DNA from: an uncultured virus (IMG/VR IMGVR_UViG_3300031087_000513) | Lineage: Duplodnaviria > Heunggongvirae > Uroviricota > Caudoviricetes | Strand: one strand, 5' to 3' | Length of the DNA: 64,000 bases | Virus record (IMG/VR): IMGVR_UViG_3300031087_000513 | In this document: one piece after another, positions 47,562 through 56,930 of the stretch | Numbering within the stretch: the stretch's first letter is position 1 | Layout of the letters: the number at the start of each line of letters is the position of its first letter | The notes under the pieces: model-generated | Databases searched by the model: none | What the model saw: the letters and a program-made list of their open reading frames with translations, nothing else | Told to the model about the DNA's origin: nothing | Translations under genes and position numbers: made by a program

Positions 47562-48029
47562 TTGTCTGTCACGTTTGCTGTTGAGCAGGACACTGTTCAG
47601 TTCCAACTGACCTGCTCATGCGGTATGGTCCAGCTTTCCCAGGTGTTTGACACCTACCAGGAAGCGATGGATGTGTACTCTTCTGTTGTGAACATCTGCG
47701 ATGATGAGTATTGTCGCGCCTGGCCTGTCCGCGCGGAAGCGGTCACTGCTGACGAGTTGGAGCTGAACCTGTCCAACTTCAACGCCTACTACGTTCTGGA
47801 TTCTCTGGGTCTGGAAGGTCTGTGTGGAACCCTTTCTGCCGAGGATTTCCTTGGACGTATTCTCCTTGCGGAAGCTATCGCTCCGAAGGATGAGGGAATG
47901 CCTGCATACACAGCAGGCATTCTGACGCACTGTGGGCGCGAGGAAGGGTATCTGGGCGATAAGCTCGCGTTACTGCGTGAGATAGCCTCACAGGCCCATT
48001 CCAAGGGCCTTCAGGTCGTCTGGGCCTGA
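47562..48029 (+). CDS. hypothetical protein with Cys pairs
   Basis: TTG start after AAGGAG; N-SN-NA--VL--LG and GR--GYL motifs. Confidence 0.75.
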   Translation: MSVTFAVEQDTVQFQLTCSCGMVQLSQVFDTYQEAMDVYSSVVNICDDEYCRAWPVRAEAVTADELELNLSNFNAYYVLDSLGLEGLCGTLSAEDFLGRILLAEAIAPKDEGMPAYTAGILTHCGREEGYLGDKLALLREIASQAHSKGLQVVWA

Positions 48030-48101
48030 AAATGAAGCAGTGGTAGTTCTCAATGGTAGAATTACCACTGCTTCTTCTTTTTACTATTACCAAGGATCAT
48101 C

Positions 48102-48818
48102 ATGAATATCCAAGAACTCACTCAGCATCGGTTCGAGCTGTTAGACGCTGGGTTTGAAACAAAGCTTGAGGCAAGAATTCAAGATCGTGGATTGAGTAGA
48201 GGATTCCAGTTCACAGTCAACAAAGCAGTAAAGGCAGCGACAAATCCTGCTTACTCTCGTCAAAAAGTTATAGCTAATTTTGAGAGTATGAGTCAACTAT
48301 ATGATGCATTCTCAGAAGCTGTTGAAGTAGCGAAACATTTACCTGAGACTTCTGATGTTGAAGTAACTATTAGCACACAAGCATATCGTGATGATGATGG
48401 ATGGAAAGACGTTGCCAAAGAAGACAAGTCGTATCTCACTCGCATGGGCCAGTACGGTGAACCGCTGCCTGAAAACCTGCCATGGGATGAGACAGTTACA
48501 GCGATGCTCAAACGAGGTTGGCTATACAGTGATCGCTACTCATTAAGCGGGACAGAGTACCGTAAAATACGTTCAATGGCGTTTGAAGCGTGGGATTGGC
48601 ATGGGTTCAGTTCTGGTTCAACAGTTACTCTCAACACATTCATCTCAGAGGGTCAAACTATTGAAGAAGTAACAAAGCAGCAGGCAGAAATCTGTATGCA
48701 GACATGGAACGATTTTCCTGACAGTGTTCCTCGCAGGAACTGGCGAACAGGTGTGATTGAAGAGGACCCCTTCGTTACCGGATTGATGCATAAGTACCGC
48801 ACACGAACTGAACCCTGA
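48102..48818 (+). CDS. hypothetical protein
   Basis: Long ORF; SD AAGGA. Confidence 0.75.
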   Translation: MNIQELTQHRFELLDAGFETKLEARIQDRGLSRGFQFTVNKAVKAATNPAYSRQKVIANFESMSQLYDAFSEAVEVAKHLPETSDVEVTISTQAYRDDDGWKDVAKEDKSYLTRMGQYGEPLPENLPWDETVTAMLKRGWLYSDRYSLSGTEYRKIRSMAFEAWDWHGFSSGSTVTLNTFISEGQTIEEVTKQQAEICMQTWNDFPDSVPRRNWRTGVIEEDPFVTGLMHKYRTRTEP

Positions 48819-48897
48819 ACTGACTTGAACCTATAGTTTCCGTGTGTTACAATGTGACGGAGTGCAATAGTTTTGCAATACGGAGAAGAGGATACTA

Positions 48898-49752
48898 ATG
48901 CTGGCTCACACACAAGATGATGTGTATTTTGAACGCATGAAGTCTTCCATTGGAGACAAAGCTGAAATGATTCAGTACATCAAGCCGAATCGTGTGCTTG
49001 ATGTTGGCGCTGGCGGGGGAGAGTTCGCTGCCATGCTGGAAAAAGAAGGCTTTGACGTTGTTGCCCTTGATGGTTCCCGCGAAGCAATTAACCGCTGCTC
49101 TGCTCGCGGCCTTCGCACAGTTGAAGGCTTCACGCATCAGATTAGTGAGTTAGTGCCTGCTGATTACTTTGACACCATTACATGCTCCTCCATCCTCCAC
49201 GAGGTGTACTCATACGGAAATGGGACTTCTGGCTCAGCTCACACGCTGGATAGCCTCAGAACAACTTTTGCTGAATTCAAGCACGCCCTGAAAGCTGATG
49301 GCCGTCTTGTCATCCGTGACGGTATCATGCCGACTGAATGGGATGGGTATGTTGAGCTTGAATTTGACGACCCTTACGGTATGCACATCGCGCAGTTGTA
49401 CCTTGACATGATTCCTTTCCGTGGGACGAATATGCGAGAAGTGAACCTGTGGAAGAAGCATAACGCTAAGAATGTCGCTATTGGGAACATGGAATCTGCT
49501 ATGGAGTTCCTATACACCTACACGTGGGGCGTACAGAACTTTGAACGGGAAACTCAGGAGCTATTCGGAGTCTTCACTTTGGAAGGCTACAAGCAGTTCC
49601 TTGCTGAAAATGGGTTCCGTGTTCTTCACGCTGAAGAGTACCTACAAGAAGGTTACCCTGAGCATTTGAAGGATAAGGTTCGATTGACTCGTAACGGTGA
49701 ACCTGTGGAGTATCCAAACAGTAACTGCCTGATTGTTGCGGAAGTAGCCTAA
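48898..49752 (+). CDS. class I SAM-dependent methyltransferase
   Basis: VLDVGAGGG motif I, FD-I--SS-LHE, L---G-LVIRD. Confidence 0.9.
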   Translation: MLAHTQDDVYFERMKSSIGDKAEMIQYIKPNRVLDVGAGGGEFAAMLEKEGFDVVALDGSREAINRCSARGLRTVEGFTHQISELVPADYFDTITCSSILHEVYSYGNGTSGSAHTLDSLRTTFAEFKHALKADGRLVIRDGIMPTEWDGYVELEFDDPYGMHIAQLYLDMIPFRGTNMREVNLWKKHNAKNVAIGNMESAMEFLYTYTWGVQNFERETQELFGVFTLEGYKQFLAENGFRVLHAEEYLQEGYPEHLKDKVRLTRNGEPVEYPNSNCLIVAEVA

Positions 49753-50252
49753 TGAATGAGATGGTTGAGAATTTTCATCAGCTTCCTGTCACCGTCCAAG
49801 AAGCATTGATTACTGCGTCTGAGCTTTCAGAATCTGATTTTAGGGAGCTGAGCAATTATGTCATCAGGCAGCATGTCAGTTATTGGCTTCCGAAAATTCA
49901 GGACAAGTATCCTATTGCAGGCATTGAGCCAGAAGCATTTTTTGACGGGGTTTCACTTCGGGAAGCTCTGTACATGGTTTTCACCTGTGACCACTTTTGG
50001 GAGTGGGATGAAGACATCAAAACATATGATGCGATTGTCTCAAAACTCAACAGTAAGTATGGTGTTATCGCTTTGTCATCTGATCTTACGGGAAACCGCA
50101 CAGGATATGGACTTGCCGCACATCTGCTCGTACCGTTTGGTCAGGTTTCAGAAACCGCGTATGATGAGAACCGTAACCCAGTAACCATTGTTGATAACGT
50201 TCGTGAACGTATTGACCGTCTGAATAAGGAAAACCGCTATGGAACTCATTGA
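49752..50252 (+). CDS. hypothetical protein
   Basis: TAATG coupling. Confidence 0.75.
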   Translation: MNEMVENFHQLPVTVQEALITASELSESDFRELSNYVIRQHVSYWLPKIQDKYPIAGIEPEAFFDGVSLREALYMVFTCDHFWEWDEDIKTYDAIVSKLNSKYGVIALSSDLTGNRTGYGLAAHLLVPFGQVSETAYDENRNPVTIVDNVRERIDRLNKENRYGTH

Positions 50253-50523
50253 AAAGACCTTCGTCCTGACCATCCCGACCATTCTGACTCGTAGCTCTGC
50301 TCGGCGTTCTGCTGCTCGTATTCCAGCAGATGTTTCCCTTGTCCTGTTTGATTTCAGCTCTAACAGTGTGATGTTTCGTTCAGGTGCTTTGGAGCTTGTT
50401 CGTTTGACGTTGGTTGGACAGTGGCGTACAGCGACAATCAAGGGTTGGGAGCAGCTCGGAGACTTGAACCCCTTGTACGAAGCTCTCCACAAGGAGAACG
50501 TCTTCCACCAGTTCACCCAGTAA
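50239..50523 (+). CDS. hypothetical protein
   Basis: SD AAGGA; followed by terminator. Confidence 0.65.
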   Translation: MELIEKTFVLTIPTILTRSSARRSAARIPADVSLVLFDFSSNSVMFRSGALELVRLTLVGQWRTATIKGWEQLGDLNPLYEALHKENVFHQFTQ

Positions 50524-50525
50524 GA

Positions 50526-50575
50526 CAAATGAGGAAGGCCCGCAACCAGAACAGGTTGCGGGCCTTCCTCATTTG
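50526..50575. terminator. bidirectional terminator
   Basis: CAAATGAGGAAGGCCCGCAACC/GGTTGCGGGCCTTCCTCATTTG. Confidence 0.85.
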
Positions 50576-50576
50576 A

Positions 50577-51239
50577 TTAGTCCAGTTCAGTGCAGTTCAC
50601 CAGTGTAAAGCTCTGAGCATTTGCAAGCAAGCTGATAGAGCCAGGCTGTTCAAAAGCGTTCAGGTAGCGGGTGACACCGTTCGGCTCCCATTGCAGCTCA
50701 CGGAAATAATCCTCGTCCTGGCTGCTGTTATCAGGCCATTCATTTTCATCGTACTCCACAACAGGGTGAATGAGAATTTCAGGCTTCAACTTCAACTCGT
50801 ACAGGTACCAGCGAGCTTTGATGTCATAGTCATTGAATTCTTCGTTCCGCTGCACTGCACGGGCATATGCTGCGTCAGAAGTGCCAAGATGCACCATAAC
50901 ATCGCCTTCACCGTACCCTTCTTTTCGAGGGTCACCGCCGTTGGTGATGTCATCAAACCAGACAGGGTTATCCGTGGCATGGAACCAGCTGCTGTTACGA
51001 ACAGTGTCCTCGTTGAAGAAAGGAGCTGCGTCATGACGGACCCAAATATCAAACTCGGTCAGGTCAGTGTACTCTTGTCCACATTTGCGGCAGTTGAACG
51101 TTCTACCCAGGTTGAACAGGGTGCCAATTTTTTCCGCCAGCTCATCGCTGTACCCTAAACCGCACGAGGCGCATCGAGTAACGGAATCATCTTCGGTACC
51201 GATAACAAAACCTGTGTTCTGCTGAACTATCATGCTCAT
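50577..51239 (-). CDS. zinc-ribbon protein with possible ADP-ribosyltransferase-like domain
   Basis: CASC...CRKC; WFHAT, VHLGT--AA--R, LYELKL, YLN--E-PGS. Confidence 0.6.
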   Translation of the reverse strand: MSMIVQQNTGFVIGTEDDSVTRCASCGLGYSDELAEKIGTLFNLGRTFNCRKCGQEYTDLTEFDIWVRHDAAPFFNEDTVRNSSWFHATDNPVWFDDITNGGDPRKEGYGEGDVMVHLGTSDAAYARAVQRNEEFNDYDIKARWYLYELKLKPEILIHPVVEYDENEWPDNSSQDEDYFRELQWEPNGVTRYLNAFEQPGSISLLANAQSFTLVNCTELD

Positions 51240-51297
51240 AGGTATCAGTCTACACGCTTTCTCCGAATAATGTCAACTTTTCCCGATAGAAGCTTAT

Positions 51298-51738
51298 ATG
51301 AAGAACGTGCCACCACCACTACCCCTGCGCCGAGAACAGGATCGATCCATCATTATGTTTTTGGGGCTGGCGGCATTTTCCGTGCTGACAACTGAATTCA
51401 TGATCCTCTCACAGCTCAACAACCAAGTGTGGATTTGGCTGGTCATGTTTGTTTCTTCCAGCAGCATTGTCATGATTTTGTTCTTGTACTTTACGCTATG
51501 GTATTCAAACAAAATGAAAGTACTACGTTGGACTCACCAACATGGCTACCGTCGCGTTATTATCAACAATGACGTATTAGAGCAGATAAACGAACGTCGT
51601 GGGAGCATCACGTTCTACGACAAAGAAGGCCGCAAGTACTCCATACAAACTTCTTACGACGATTTATATCGTTTGATAAGCATCAAACACGTGAAGCGAG
51701 AAGAATCAGAGATAACAGAGTCGCAACTTCAAAGTTGA
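51298..51738 (+). CDS. two-TM membrane protein
   Basis: Two TM helices then W---HGY. Confidence 0.7.
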   Translation: MKNVPPPLPLRREQDRSIIMFLGLAAFSVLTTEFMILSQLNNQVWIWLVMFVSSSSIVMILFLYFTLWYSNKMKVLRWTHQHGYRRVIINNDVLEQINERRGSITFYDKEGRKYSIQTSYDDLYRLISIKHVKREESEITESQLQS

Positions 51739-52262
51739 TGAGCTTTGAAAGCTTCCATCGCTTGTTCCAGCAGAACAGTGATAGCTTCCAGCTCCCAAGA
51801 GCTGAACGTTAGGGCTGGTACTCCACCTACGAAGACATAATACTTGTCAACAATACGCTGAACGGTGAGCGTAGTTAGGCCATTACGTTTCGTGTCTATG
51901 CATGCTGAGGAAGCAATGAACAAGTTGTGTTGTTCAGCTCCTGTAATAGGTAGAGCAAAACGAGCAGCATCCTCGTAGAAATCCTGTTCTTCATCGTAGA
52001 AGACTGATCCATATGGGAAGACTTGATAGGTGTCTTGTGGACGTTGAGTGTCAATGTCGGCCGCGTGTTGGAGGAGCGCAATGAGATGATCTGTATGCTG
52101 GATTCTGATATCGCCGCAACCCATGCTGATATGAAAGAACCAATCATTCACTGTCAGCTCGTATGTCCATAGTCCAGCGCCTTCCGGCATCCCTGGATGC
52201 TGAATGCTTACTGAAAGTTTCCTGTAAGAAACTTCCTCTACGTTTACTGAAAACTCTGTCAT
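51729..52262 (-). CDS. hypothetical protein
   Basis: Leaderless start after TGCTAAAGT. Confidence 0.7.
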   Translation of the reverse strand: MTEFSVNVEEVSYRKLSVSIQHPGMPEGAGLWTYELTVNDWFFHISMGCGDIRIQHTDHLIALLQHAADIDTQRPQDTYQVFPYGSVFYDEEQDFYEDAARFALPITGAEQHNLFIASSACIDTKRNGLTTLTVQRIVDKYYVFVGGVPALTFSSWELEAITVLLEQAMEAFKAHQL

Positions 52263-52336
52263 ACAGATAACTTTAGCACGGAAAGTCTGTTAGAATAGTT
52301 AAACGCATCAACGTCTTACATATGAGGAGGTCACCA

Positions 52337-52567
52337 ATGGACACTAATTCATTCGTGAAAAATCTGATCGACCGTATCAACCAGGAAGACTACCCTGTTC
52401 TACTCCTGGAAACTCGCAGGAATCAGGACTCTCGGAAAGTGCAGCTCAAATCCCACTACAACAGTACGTTCTACGGGGTTTTCGTAGATGAAAACAAGAA
52501 CGAACCGTTCCGTGTAAGCGACAGTACTATTCAGAATAACAGCTTCAAAATTACTGTCGTCAGCTAA
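52337..52567 (+). CDS. small hypothetical protein
   Basis: SD AGGAGG; terminator 52572-52609. Confidence 0.7.
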   Translation: MDTNSFVKNLIDRINQEDYPVLLLETRRNQDSRKVQLKSHYNSTFYGVFVDENKNEPFRVSDSTIQNNSFKITVVS

Positions 52568-52607
52568 AGCGAAGAAAATCTCTCATTTATATGAATGAGA
52601 GATTTTC

Positions 52608-52787
52608 TTGACATAAATACGTTTTCAGCCTATAATTGAACGCATACTTACAAGACAGTAGAAAGATTTTATTCATGTACTTCATTGACCGCGATTACCG
52701 CTCCTTCCATTTTTGAGGAAGGGCATACACAGAAGTTCACAATGAGCTTCACTAGAAGATGCCCTACCTTGAAAGGTAGGAAGAACA
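52608..52787 (+). promoter_or_regulatory. promoter plus uORF-dependent translational attenuator A
   Basis: TTGACA-N17-TATAAT; uORF; mutually exclusive 1:2, 2:3, 3:4 stems, with 3:4 masking the SD. Confidence 0.8.
52675..52716 (+). CDS. leader peptide MYFIDRDYRSFHF
   Basis: ATG after AGAAAGATTTT; positional homolog at 55390. Confidence 0.7.
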   Translation: MYFIDRDYRSFHF

Positions 52788-53507
52788 GTGTCACGTACAC
52801 TCAAAGACCGTCCATACTGGGTTGCCATTAACGACGAACATTACCACGCTCGCTACATCCAGCATAACCACCACAAAGCTGGACTCATCCAGCGTGATTA
52901 TGATTACCCTCGTGATGAGAACGGTCATATCATTTACGAAACCCGCAACGGTTTCAATCACACGCATTACATGCTGACACTCAATGACGGTTCCCAGAAG
53001 CTCATTCCGAAGAAGAACTGGGAAGTTTACTACGGTGTCAGCACTCAGCCTGCGCGCCACAGCACCACTGACTTGCCATACCGTTGCTACCAGTTCATCA
53101 ACAGTAAGAACCGCAAGCGTATTCAGAACGTCATTGAATACAAAGCCTACGGTGAAAACTATGAGTATCTTGCGCTTCCGAGCAAGAAGTACATTGAAGT
53201 TGGAACCTACTCTGAAGAGTGCACTGAGGATGTGAAGCTCAGCTACAATGACCGTTACGGCCACCGTGCCCCTGGTGTTCTGTGCTATCCGACATTGAAT
53301 TGGCGCAACCACTACAACGAATATTACAAGAACCGCCCTCAGCCTGATGAGAAACGTAATCATCACAAAACTGGACGTTCCGCTGAGCGCGATGATTTGA
53401 CTCGTGCTACCAAACTGTACAATGGTGGCGAGGATGACATGTGGGGTGACGACTTTGAGAAAGCTTACACCTCACGTCAGCGCCGTCACTCTGGCTGGTG
53501 GGACTAA
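52788..53507 (+). CDS. basic Tyr/Arg/His-rich protein, family F
   Basis: MSRTLKDRPYWV...RQRRHSGWWD; paralog of 55482. Confidence 0.85.
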   Translation: MSRTLKDRPYWVAINDEHYHARYIQHNHHKAGLIQRDYDYPRDENGHIIYETRNGFNHTHYMLTLNDGSQKLIPKKNWEVYYGVSTQPARHSTTDLPYRCYQFINSKNRKRIQNVIEYKAYGENYEYLALPSKKYIEVGTYSEECTEDVKLSYNDRYGHRAPGVLCYPTLNWRNHYNEYYKNRPQPDEKRNHHKTGRSAERDDLTRATKLYNGGEDDMWGDDFEKAYTSRQRRHSGWWD

Positions 53508-53587
53508 CATTTAACGGACAAGTGTCTATTTGTTGAGAGAAAACCGATAATTATTAGGTATTCCCCTCAACAAATAGAAAGCCCCCC

Positions 53588-55276
53588 ATGCTTCGCATTC
53601 ATCAAGTGCTAAAATCGTCGCGCGCTGCGATTGATCTTGCCAGTATCATGGTAGGTATCATCGTCATTGGCCTGATTGGTGGCGTTATTGCCGCAACCGT
53701 ATTCGCAGTTATCCCGTGGTCCCAGGATAATGCTGCGAAACAGCAATTAGATTCAGTTGCATCCGCTGAGTCAGCCTACCGTGGACTCAGCGCAGATAAA
53801 GATAGCGGCTTGAAAGATGCATCTAGTAGCCCAACCAACTCGGCAGATGCAAATCAAGTTGTCCTAAACTCCGCTTTTACTGGTAGTAAAGGCTTGTCTA
53901 CAAACAATCTCCTACAAGAATCAGACACCTACTGTGTTATTTCTTCAACAGATGGCGCTGATTACACAGCGTATGTCAAATCAGGTTCAGGGGCCATCTA
54001 CACCAGGAATTCAAAATCTCCTACCTATCAGGTTCAGGACACCCGTTCAACCTGCCTGGGAGATATTACCAACGGAGTTTTGCCTGGAACTGCGGGCAAC
54101 GCAGGCTCAGGGGCGGGTTCTGGCAGCACAGGAGGAGGCGCTACTACACCTGTTGTTGACGCTACAGCGTTTACACCTTCTTCCTTAGTTCAGGGGTCAA
54201 TGAGATACGGTTCGTCCTATGCGATTGCTTCGGATGGAATCTACGGATGGGGAGATAACAACTTCGGTAGAGTTGACCCAAAAAACACTACTAAAGTTGG
54301 AACTTCTCGAGTAATTACCAGCCCCCAGCTTGTACTTGCAGGAGATTTTGTTCAAGTCACAGCTAGCAACACTTATACTGTTGCAGTTACTCGTACAGGA
54401 GACGTTTACGCTTGGGGTGGAATCAGCAGCTATTCAGAAACTCCTATTACAAAACTTTCCAGTTTGTCCAACATTGCTAAAGTTGCATTGGGAGATACGC
54501 ATCTCATTGCTATGACGAAAACTGGTGGAGTATTAGGTTATGGTGTCAACGATGTAGGGCAAGTTGGTAATCGTTCAACAACAACTGTTCCAGCATCAAC
54601 TCCTGCCACCATTTTGACCAATGGAGGTACAAACCCTGTCATTGATATTGCAGCTACACAAAAAGCCTCTGCTGTATTGCGGGCTGATGGAGAAGTTGAT
54701 ACCTGGGGCAATAACATCAGTGGTGAATTAGGCAACGGCACTTTTGGAGGCAATATACCTTACCCAACCCAGAATAAGATGCCAGTCAAAACTGGTATCA
54801 GTATCCAAGCAGCTAACAGCACTTTTGCCGTTCTCACTTCTGACGGTAAAGCTTTCGTATGGGGAGATAACAGTACTGGAATCTACGCTGATGGCACAAC
54901 AACTTCACCAGCAACTGGCGCTGCAACAGTACCTCGCCAGATTGCTTCCTTGGCAGATAAAAACATCAAGAAATTAGTCATTGGTGTATATGCTTCTTAT
55001 GCTATTGATTCTAATAATACAACATATAGCTGGGGATTCAACCGAGGTAAGATAGGAAACGGTACAAGTACCGCTCAGTACACTCCTGTTGAGCTTGCAA
55101 TTCCTGGAGAAACCATCAAAGATGCTACCTCGGGGTTCACTACAACCTTCTTGCTGACTAACAGTGGAAAGCTTTATGGAGTGGGAAGCAACTCAAAATA
55201 TGAATTGGGGCAAGGTCCTACTGACAGTGTAGCCAAAAGTTCTCCTACCATTATCAAGCTCATTCCTACACCTTAG
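53588..55276 (+). CDS. pilin-like N-terminus fused to RCC1/BLIP-II repeats
   Basis: SSRAAIDLASIMVG hydrophobic helix...PWSQD-AAKQQL; repeats of G-VY-WG-N--G-LG-G. Confidence 0.85.
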   Translation: MLRIHQVLKSSRAAIDLASIMVGIIVIGLIGGVIAATVFAVIPWSQDNAAKQQLDSVASAESAYRGLSADKDSGLKDASSSPTNSADANQVVLNSAFTGSKGLSTNNLLQESDTYCVISSTDGADYTAYVKSGSGAIYTRNSKSPTYQVQDTRSTCLGDITNGVLPGTAGNAGSGAGSGSTGGGATTPVVDATAFTPSSLVQGSMRYGSSYAIASDGIYGWGDNNFGRVDPKNTTKVGTSRVITSPQLVLAGDFVQVTASNTYTVAVTRTGDVYAWGGISSYSETPITKLSSLSNIAKVALGDTHLIAMTKTGGVLGYGVNDVGQVGNRSTTTVPASTPATILTNGGTNPVIDIAATQKASAVLRADGEVDTWGNNISGELGNGTFGGNIPYPTQNKMPVKTGISIQAANSTFAVLTSDGKAFVWGDNSTGIYADGTTTSPATGAATVPRQIASLADKNIKKLVIGVYASYAIDSNNTTYSWGFNRGKIGNGTSTAQYTPVELAIPGETIKDATSGFTTTFLLTNSGKLYGVGSNSKYELGQGPTDSVAKSSPTIIKLIPTP

Positions 55277-55321
55277 TAATATTTAATTGCAAGAAGCTCC
55301 GAACTTATTTTTCGGAGCCTC

Positions 55322-55481
55322 TTGCAATTAAGCCGATTTTCCTGTATGATGTAAACAGACTTATAAACGACCAGAAAGATTTTTGCGACATGAACTTCAT
55401 TCGTTACCTACATAAGTAGGTAGACGCGTCAGCTCACAAGGAGTTGACAGAGAGCTGCCTACTGGAAAGTAGGATAATAAC
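55322..55481 (+). promoter_or_regulatory. promoter plus uORF-dependent translational attenuator B
   Basis: TTGCAA-N17-TATGAT; uORF; same four-segment pairing as attenuator A. Confidence 0.8.
55390..55419 (+). CDS. leader peptide MNFIRYLHK
   Basis: ATG after AGAAAGATTTT; hairpin spans its stop codon. Confidence 0.7.
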   Translation: MNFIRYLHK

Positions 55482-56111
55482 ATGTCCCGTACCGACAAGG
55501 ACAAGCCGTACTGGGTTCGTGCGAACGACGCTCGCGGAACCATCCAGTCCGACATCTGGCACCGCCACGACAAAGCTGGGCGCGAGCTGCGCATCACTGC
55601 ACGCGCTAAGGACGAGAACGGTCGCCCGTTGACCCGTGACGTGGTGACCGAAAAGCGAGTGTGGGCTATCAAGTTGCGAGGAGAAGGAACTCTCTACTAC
55701 GAGAAGCTCTCCGATTCCGACAACATCTTGGTCAACCGCCAGTACGACATCACATACTTCGGCCAGGTCACCCGCGAATTCGTTCGCAAGCAGCCTGTCT
55801 ACGAAACCATCAGCGTGGGCTTCTACCCAACCGAATGCGACGCTCACCTCCCGCAGAAGCACGGAGGTGGATACAACCGTCGTGACCTGTACCTCTGCTG
55901 CCCTGGGTTGCAGTACTGGGCTAACGGATACAGCTACAACCGTCCGCGCAAGTTCGAACGCCAGAACTACCAGGCTTCCGCACGTCGCCAGGAGCGCGAT
56001 GTTCTCAGGGACGCTGTGAACGTGTACAACAGCGGCGACAGCGACCTCTGGGAAGACGAGTGGGAAGCTGCGAACACCCGCCAGCACCGCCACAACGGAT
56101 ACTGGGACTGA
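55482..56111 (+). CDS. basic Tyr/Arg-rich protein, family F
   Basis: MSRTDKDKPYWV...RQHRHNGYWD. Confidence 0.85.
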   Translation: MSRTDKDKPYWVRANDARGTIQSDIWHRHDKAGRELRITARAKDENGRPLTRDVVTEKRVWAIKLRGEGTLYYEKLSDSDNILVNRQYDITYFGQVTREFVRKQPVYETISVGFYPTECDAHLPQKHGGGYNRRDLYLCCPGLQYWANGYSYNRPRKFERQNYQASARRQERDVLRDAVNVYNSGDSDLWEDEWEAANTRQHRHNGYWD

Positions 56112-56171
56112 ACAGGGAAAAGACGAAAACTAACCGATAAACGTTTCCAAACCTGGACAAAGGCTGGAAAC

Positions 56172-56921
56172 ATGGTTAGAAAACCTATCATATTTGGATT
56201 AGTTCTTCTCACATTAGGAGGACTCCTATCAGGATGCTCCTCCACAGGTGGTGGAATAAAAGGCGAGCAAAGTCCCTCTTCTATGAGTAGACAAGTAACA
56301 ATTGATAAATTCACAAAAGCCATCGCAGATAAAGATTCCAGCAAAGCTCAGAGCATGCTAAGCGATGATTCATATGTGGGTAAACCAGTAGATATTGTCA
56401 TTTTTCCAAAGACACCACCAAAAATTCTCGATATTGAGAATGGCAAAGTCAAAGTCCGAGTAATTTCCGTTTCTATTGAACGTAGATATCTTGATGCTGT
56501 ATATGCTTTGGGTGATGTGAATCTTCAACCAGATACAAAATACGGAGTTGTTGAGGGGATTTATGACGGGACTGTCTCCAGCCCCCATGAAGCATTTACT
56601 GCTCAGCTTGCAAGCGGTAAGTCTATTTCAAATGACATGGGAGGAGATGAGGCAAGTATTTCTATAAATGACATTTTCTTCAATGGTGGCACTAGCAATC
56701 CTGAAATTACAGGGAAAACTGTTAATAAAATTATTGCTCTCTATAAAGCAAAAGGCTTTGACGTAACTGCAAATCAAGTTATGTCGCAAGTTACTATTCA
56801 AGTAGATGATAGCGTTCAAATTAGTCTTTCAGACGACGGTATTTCAACTCCGAACGGGGAAGTTGTTCCCAAAACAGCAACCTACAACTCTGCTACAGAT
56901 GAGTGGTCCGACCTCCGTTAG
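56172..56921 (+). CDS. lipoprotein
   Basis: Lipobox LLSGC; AT-rich. Confidence 0.8.
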   Translation: MVRKPIIFGLVLLTLGGLLSGCSSTGGGIKGEQSPSSMSRQVTIDKFTKAIADKDSSKAQSMLSDDSYVGKPVDIVIFPKTPPKILDIENGKVKVRVISVSIERRYLDAVYALGDVNLQPDTKYGVVEGIYDGTVSSPHEAFTAQLASGKSISNDMGGDEASISINDIFFNGGTSNPEITGKTVNKIIALYKAKGFDVTANQVMSQVTIQVDDSVQISLSDDGISTPNGEVVPKTATYNSATDEWSDLR

Positions 56922-56930
56922 AGATGACTC

